From Candidatus Peregrinibacteria bacterium (GTDB taxonomy: Bacteria > Patescibacteriota > Gracilibacteria > Peribacterales > Peribacteraceae), in the NCBI GenBank assembly GCA_043798355.1, contig JAZDOT010000002.1, positions 1,160-65,159 of the forward strand: a DNA stretch of 64,000 bases. Reading direction: 5' to 3'. Below the pieces are notes generated by a model. The model saw nothing but the letters and a program-made list of their open reading frames with translations, did no database searches and was not told where the DNA came from. Positions 59,555 to 64,000 of this stretch are shown here, piece after piece. The position numbers were made by a program, and so were the translations under genes. Every line of letters starts with the position of its first letter. Positions within the stretch are counted from its first letter, which is position 1.

Positions 59555-60490
59555 TTACTGCTGCGCAAGAACGTTTGAGCCCAGCCAGACGTAGGGCAGC
59601 TTCGTCACGTCCCATGGTATATCGCCGCGCCACCGGAAAGAACCGGAGGCAATCGTGCGGGCGGGGATGTGGTCTTCCATCCACCGCAGTTTCATGGCCA
59701 GCGCGCGGTTGCTCTGTGCGCGTTGCACGAAGCTCTCGCGCTGGAGCAGGAAGAACGCGTACGTTTCGGCGAAGTCCTCGAAGGCATCGGAGGCGGAGTA
59801 GCCCGAGACGAAATCTTCCGCGCGCGCTTCGGGATGCTTCTCCTTCGCGCTCTTCCAGGAGATGGCATAGAAGCTCACGCTCGGATCGTCATTCCAGATG
59901 ATCTCGTTCCCGTCACGAAAAGCACTCGCGCCCATTGCGGATGTGCCTGTGAGGCAGCCGAGATCCGTCACATGTCCGAACTCGTGGACGAGGAGTGAGC
60001 GGAATTCATTCTCCTCTACAGAGCCGTCGATGACGATGGAGCTCTTTCCGGCGAGTCCCCGCTGGTTCGGTCTGTCATAGCGCACGACGAATCGTTTGAG
60101 GAAGGGGAGGCATTCGCCCGGGAGAGCGCGCAGGACTTCGCTCGCGAGCAGTTTATCTTCGAAGGTGATGTCGGGTTGGTTCACGATGGGGACGAAGGGC
60201 TGGACCCGCTCCTCTTCCGTGTCATTGGTAATGAGGTGGATCTGAGGGTTAAGGCTAGGGTTAAGGCTAAGGCTAGGGTTAAGGTTAGGGGCGGTTTTGG
60301 CGATCCAGTAGTAACTTCCGGGGTGTTCGGTCTGCGTGCGAGGTCTCGGGCTGACGGAGCGGATGGCCGCTTTATTTGCAGGGGCGATCTCCTGTGCTAT
60401 GCTCCCGCTCGAGAGTACGGTCGAGCTTCCGCCGGTCAGGCAGCAGAGAAGTCCTGTGAGGAAGAGGACATGTGCTCTCATTGGATGCAA
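59555..60490 (-). CDS. Secreted putative zinc metalloprotease (HExxH)
   Basis: It has a signal-peptide-like N-terminus (AHVLFLTGLLCCLTGG) and LLVHEFGHVTD. A hexamer array is translated as NLNPSLSLNPSLNPQ near the N-terminus. Confidence 0.6.
   Translation of the reverse strand: MHPMRAHVLFLTGLLCCLTGGSSTVLSSGSIAQEIAPANKAAIRSVSPRPRTQTEHPGSYYWIAKTAPNLNPSLSLNPSLNPQIHLITNDTEEERVQPFVPIVNQPDITFEDKLLASEVLRALPGECLPFLKRFVVRYDRPNQRGLAGKSSIVIDGSVEENEFRSLLVHEFGHVTDLGCLTGTSAMGASAFRDGNEIIWNDDPSVSFYAISWKSAKEKHPEARAEDFVSGYSASDAFEDFAETYAFFLLQRESFVQRAQSNRALAMKLRWMEDHIPARTIASGSFRWRGDIPWDVTKLPYVWLGSNVLAQQ
60245..60289 (+). repeat. Hexamer array (GGTTAA/GGCTAG/GGCTAA x7, TTAGGG-like) inside the metalloprotease ORF
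   Basis: gggttaaggctagggttaaggctaaggctagggttaaggttagggg. The G-rich strand is on the + strand and the gene is on the - strand. Confidence 0.9.
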
Positions 60491-60521
60491 AAGTGTTAAT
60501 TTATAGTACTTTTATCTTTAA

Positions 60522-61982
60522 ATGTCAACTATTTCCGAGCCTTCCCCAGTGCCGGTTCACCCCGGGGAGAAGCACATTCTGAGCGTCGAAAAGCTCACGC
60601 AGGGGGGATCCGGCTTGGCACACATCGGCGCAGTCCCCGTCTTCATTCCGGGAACTCTTCCAGGGCAATCCGTTTCGGTCACCATCACGAAGAACCGCGG
60701 GTCATTCTATGAGGCTCGCGTGGAGAGCGTGAAGAGGAAGGCCAAGGATGAGATCCCCGCACGCTGCCCGCACTTCCACGAGTGCGGCGGGTGCGTGTGG
60801 CAGAATCTTCCGTACAACAAGCAGATCGCCTACAAGGAAGATATCGTCCGCGAAACGCTCGAATATCTCACTCCTGCGGAGTCGGCCGTGCGCGCGCGCC
60901 TGCCGGGTCGTGTCCTCAAGATCATCCCCAGTCCGCAGGTGTTTCACTACCGGAACAAACTGGAGCTCACCTTCGGTTTCGAGTCTACGCGGGTGGAGGA
61001 GATCGCCGGGCGCAAAGTATTCCACGATGAGAATCCCAGTATCGGGTTCCACAGTCCCGGACAGTGGTCGACGATCATCCCCATTGCCGAGTGTCACCTT
61101 TACGACGAGCAGATCGCATCACTCCTTTCCGACATACGCCGGTTCATCGTGGACTCGCGCATCCCCGTCTACAACCCGAAGACGCATCGCGGGGTGCTCA
61201 GGACGCTGCTGCTCAGGCGCGGCATCAATACGGGGGAGCAGATGATCGCCTTCATCGTGAAGGCGAGGAAGAAGGAACTGGAGCCCCTCTTCCAGCACTT
61301 CATGCGCTTCGCCGGCCGCTCGGGCCTGAAATCTCTCCTCGTCATTGAAAATATGTCCCTGAATGACAAGCCGGAGAACCCGAAAGTGCACCCGCTCGTC
61401 GGCAAGCCGTTCATCACCGAGCGGCTGTTCGATCTCTCGTTCGACATTTCACCCTTCTCTTTCTTCCAGACGAATACGCTGGGGGCCGAGAAGCTCTACC
61501 AATCGATCGCGCAGGCGGCGGATCTCACGGAGCGCGATATCCTGCTGGATGCGTACTGCGGCATGGGGACCATCGGCCAGTACCTCGCGCGTTACTGTCA
61601 GCGGGTCGTGGGCATCGAGAGTCATCCGACTGCGGTTGAAGATGCACTCAAGAGCGCAGGCAAGAACCGCATCGCGAACATCAGCTTCTACAAAGGCCGC
61701 ACAGAACAGGTGCTCCCCGATCAGCTGAAACCGGACGGCAAATATCACTTCAGCGTTGTTGTTTTAGATCCTCCCCGTGCGGGGCTCCATCCGGATGCGC
61801 GGGATGCCGTGCTCGCCCACGCGCCGAAGAGAATCGTATACGTCTCCTGCAACATTGCCACCTTCGCGCGCGACCTCGGGGATTTCCTGAAGGCCGACTA
61901 CGATCTTCGTTCCGTGCAGCCGGTGGATATGTTTCCGCATACGGCGCATATCGAGACAGTCGCTGTATTACAGAAGAAATAG
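60522..61982 (+). CDS. rlmD: 23S rRNA (uracil-C5)-methyltransferase RlmD/RumA family
   Basis: TRAM-like N-terminus. The Fe-S Cys cluster is CPHFHECGGCVWQ. The SAM-binding motif is LLDAYCGMGTIG. The catalytic region is VVVLDPPRAGL...YVSCN..T.ARD. Confidence 0.85.
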   Translation: MSTISEPSPVPVHPGEKHILSVEKLTQGGSGLAHIGAVPVFIPGTLPGQSVSVTITKNRGSFYEARVESVKRKAKDEIPARCPHFHECGGCVWQNLPYNKQIAYKEDIVRETLEYLTPAESAVRARLPGRVLKIIPSPQVFHYRNKLELTFGFESTRVEEIAGRKVFHDENPSIGFHSPGQWSTIIPIAECHLYDEQIASLLSDIRRFIVDSRIPVYNPKTHRGVLRTLLLRRGINTGEQMIAFIVKARKKELEPLFQHFMRFAGRSGLKSLLVIENMSLNDKPENPKVHPLVGKPFITERLFDLSFDISPFSFFQTNTLGAEKLYQSIAQAADLTERDILLDAYCGMGTIGQYLARYCQRVVGIESHPTAVEDALKSAGKNRIANISFYKGRTEQVLPDQLKPDGKYHFSVVVLDPPRAGLHPDARDAVLAHAPKRIVYVSCNIATFARDLGDFLKADYDLRSVQPVDMFPHTAHIETVAVLQKK

Positions 61983-62001
61983 AGGATCGGTTTAGTACGA
62001 A

Positions 62002-62021
62002 GGGTTAGGGTTAGGGTTAGG
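62002..62021 (+). repeat. Hexamer array (GGGTTA x3)
   Basis: gggttagggttagggttagg starts 20 nt after the rlmD stop. Confidence 0.85.
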
Positions 62022-62045
62022 AAACTGGAAATTTGGAACGCGAAA

Positions 62046-62073
62046 CCCGGCACTCCCATACGGGAGCACCGGG
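62046..62073. terminator. GC-rich hairpin between convergent genes (repeated module, copy 1)
   Basis: cccggcactccc atac gggagcaccggg lies 34 nt 3' of the minus-strand gene stop. TTTCG follows it on the minus strand and TCTCTCTTT on the plus strand. Confidence 0.55.
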
Positions 62074-62106
62074 TCTCTCTTTGGCGTTGGTTGACACGAA
62101 TAGTCC

Positions 62107-63195
62107 CTACTTCGCTTGGGCCTTTTCGTCGAAGGCCGCGTCGAATGCCACGGTGCTGGGGGCGAAGTCGATGCGACGAACGTAGTCGCAGGCTTCCTTG
62201 GCTCCCTGCTCGCGGTTCATTCCCTTGTCTTCCCACTCCACCGACAATGGACCGTTGTAGCCCACGTCGTTCAGGGCACGGATGATCTCCTCGAAGTTGA
62301 CGTCGCCGCGCCCGAGGGACCGGAAGTCCCAGCCACGGCGCGGATCGCCGAAGTCGAGGTGACTCGAGAGGATGCCCCGTCGGCCATCCAGCTTCACAAT
62401 GGCATCCTTCATGTGCACGTGGTAGATCCGGTCCGAGAACGTGCGCACGAATTCGGCAGGGTCGAGGCCCTGCCAGATCAGGTGGCTGGGGTCGAAGTTG
62501 AAACCGAATTCCAGGCGGTCATCCAGCACATCGAGGGCGCGTTCGGCCGTGTACCAGTCGAACGCGATTTCGGTGGGGTGCACCTCCAGTGCGAAGCGCA
62601 CCTCGTGCTCGCCGAACACCTCCAGAATCGGATTGAACCGATCGGCCAACAGTTGGAAACCCGCATCGATCTCCGCCGGCGGCACCGGCGGGAACGAGTA
62701 GAATTTCCCCCAGATGGACGATCCGGTGAAGCCGTTCGCGACAATGCGGGGCTTACCGTTGGCCCACTTCGGCCACTTCTCCTTGACGACGGCAGGCGCG
62801 GCATCGTAGAACCGTCGGGCCGCGATCGCCAGCTTCTTCATCCACTCCACTGCGCGTAGGTTCACGCCGGCCGGATCTCCGTCGCCCCAGACGTCACCGA
62901 GAATCGCTTTATGTCGCGGTTCGATGATGTCCAACACAGCCTGACCGACCAAGTGGCCCGAGATGGCGAACGAATCGAGGCCAATCTCCTGCAACAGATC
63001 CCACTTCGTTTTGCAGTACGAGGGCCCATCGGTTCCGGCCGCTTGGGGCACGTCGAAGTGGTCTCCCCAGCAAGCCAATTCGAGGCCGTCGTAGCCCATG
63101 CGCTTCGCCATTGGGCCGAGTTTGGCCAGTGGGAGGTCCGCCCACTGACCAGTAAACAACGTCACAGCTCGCGTCATCACAGTACTCCTAAACAT
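62107..63195 (-). CDS. Xylose-isomerase-like TIM-barrel sugar phosphate isomerase/epimerase
   Basis: [16 protein letters not shown]...[12 protein letters not shown]...[12 protein letters not shown]...HVHMKD...LSVEWED is the typical AP_endonuc_2 / TIM-barrel pattern. Confidence 0.75.
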   Translation of the reverse strand: MFRSTVMTRAVTLFTGQWADLPLAKLGPMAKRMGYDGLELACWGDHFDVPQAAGTDGPSYCKTKWDLLQEIGLDSFAISGHLVGQAVLDIIEPRHKAILGDVWGDGDPAGVNLRAVEWMKKLAIAARRFYDAAPAVVKEKWPKWANGKPRIVANGFTGSSIWGKFYSFPPVPPAEIDAGFQLLADRFNPILEVFGEHEVRFALEVHPTEIAFDWYTAERALDVLDDRLEFGFNFDPSHLIWQGLDPAEFVRTFSDRIYHVHMKDAIVKLDGRRGILSSHLDFGDPRRGWDFRSLGRGDVNFEEIIRALNDVGYNGPLSVEWEDKGMNREQGAKEACDYVRRIDFAPSTVAFDAAFDEKAQAK

Positions 63196-63258
63196 GCATG
63201 TTGCCTCCGTCCCAGATAAAGAATGTCAGCCGCACATGCGACTACTTCCATTCAGTTC

Positions 63259-63314
63259 CTGACGATGGCAGCCTGTCTCCGCTCTATTCTATAGAGACAC
63301 GATGCCATCGTCAG
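63259..63314. promoter_or_regulatory. Nested inverted repeat in the upstream region of the TIM-barrel gene
   Basis: ctgacgatggc (63259-63269) pairs with gccatcgtcag (63304-63314). Inside it, gtctc pairs with gagac. It lies 64-119 nt upstream of the ATG at 63195. Confidence 0.35.
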
Positions 63315-63468
63315 AGAAATACTCATGCCAATAGTGCCAAAGAGCTTCCCGGTTCTTCTTGTTTTGGATTGTCCAAAACGAACTGAAGAGCCAGGGGCGC
63401 TATTGTGCATTTCCCTTTACTTTCGTCAATGTATTTCCGGTTCGTTTGGTGATTTCCCGCATGCGAAA

Positions 63469-63497
63469 CCCGGCACTCCCGCAAGAGGAGCACCGGG
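63469..63497. terminator. GC-rich hairpin (repeated module, copy 2)
   Basis: gcgaaacccggcactccc ... ggagcaccgggtctct is identical in both arms to the copy at 62046-62073. It lies 35 nt 3' of the stop of the minus-strand gene ending at 63532. Confidence 0.5.
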
Positions 63498-63531
63498 TCT
63501 CTTCAACAGCTTTCTGCGATGGAAAGGCCGA

Positions 63532-64000
63532 CTAGACGTCCAGGAAATTCACCCACCGCCCGCGCGAGTGATGTGCGAGGTGGATGAGCTGCATGCCCGC
63601 CACCCCGTCATCGCCGTCCGAGTACTCCGCACGCATCTGGAATCTCCCGCCCTGCTGTACGAGTGCGACGTCGTTCAGAATTTCCCCGTACATCCGTTCC
63701 CACGCCCGGCCGAGGCCGCCGTTCCAGTGCCCGCCGGGTCCGTGACAGGCGGCGACGAACTTGGGGTACTTGCTCGCCCAGCCCGCATTGGGATCGTCCC
63801 GATACGTCTGGTCGGCTTGGCCGTGCCTGCGCACGGTCAGTTCGTTGGCCGTTCGCAGCTTCCACTCGGCCGAGGCGTCCCGGAAGTCCAACTCGACTTC
63901 GACATCGTTCGCACGGCTGGTGGTCACCTGACTCGCGGTAAGGGTCACCAACGCGTTTCCTTCGCACCGGAGCAGGGTGACGCTGTAGTCGTCATTCCCG
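63532..64000 (-). CDS. C-terminal part of an edge-truncated ORF, possibly a Gfo/Idh/MocA-type oxidoreductase
   Basis: The frame stays open to the right window edge (...GNDDYSVTLLRCEGNALVTLTASQVTT...), so the TTG start at 63951 in the track is not the real start. The family assignment is only by general resemblance to the C-terminal domain of such oxidoreductases. Confidence 0.45.
   Translation of the reverse strand, partial: GNDDYSVTLLRCEGNALVTLTASQVTTSRANDVEVELDFRDASAEWKLRTANELTVRRHGQADQTYRDDPNAGWASKYPKFVAACHGPGGHWNGGLGRAWERMYGEILNDVALVQQGGRFQMRAEYSDGDDGVAGMQLIHLAHHSRGRWVNFLDV

Noticed and set aside
5949-62021. TTAGGG-like hexamer arrays as telomeres or chromosome ends.
   Set aside because: The arrays are only 3-7 units long, degenerate (GGCTAA, GGTTAA, GATTAG), internal to the contig and embedded between or within ordinary genes. 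This is not consistent with terminal telomeric tracts.

Overview
Moderately GC-rich bacterial chromosomal segment using the standard genetic code. UGA is a stop: RF2 is present with its classical programmed +1 frameshift. Recognisable housekeeping genes are prfB, infC-rpmI-rplT, trmD, gpmI, guaA, efp, gatB, def, nth, thyA, folA, secD, rlmD and one tRNA-Ser(CGA). They are interspersed with cell-envelope and glycan genes (WecG/TagA, a WecB-like epimerase, an O-antigen-ligase-like protein, an NTP-transferase, a truncated sugar transferase), an ECF sigma / FecR-like pair, two RelE/ParE toxin-antitoxin modules and many ORFs with no family I recognise. The gene content and style suggest a reduced-genome uncultivated lineage, possibly CPR/Patescibacteria-like, but that is inference only. 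No rRNA and no CRISPR array were seen.

Five things stand out:
1. A five-member family of roughly 10% cysteine proteins with a pseudo-symmetric A-B-B'-A' zinc-ribbon architecture. It comes with two decayed 3' stubs of further copies and is associated with TrmB-like regulators.
2. A translationally coupled operon of a small helical protein, a 1700-aa protein (coiled coil, TM segment, zeta-toxin-like P-loop kinase, variant Fic/Doc motif) and a SpoT-type HD hydrolase.
3. More than 30 short tandem arrays with 6-, 7- or 9-nt units. They make up whole intergenic spacers, supply stop codons, form inverted-array hairpin elements, and are read through in frame inside conserved enzymes.
4. A 56-aa histone-fold ORF that falls below the ORF-track cutoff.
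5. A SecD with an embedded parvulin PPIase domain.

Many long ORFs in the track are antisense shadow ORFs typical of GC-rich coding DNA and are not reported as genes.
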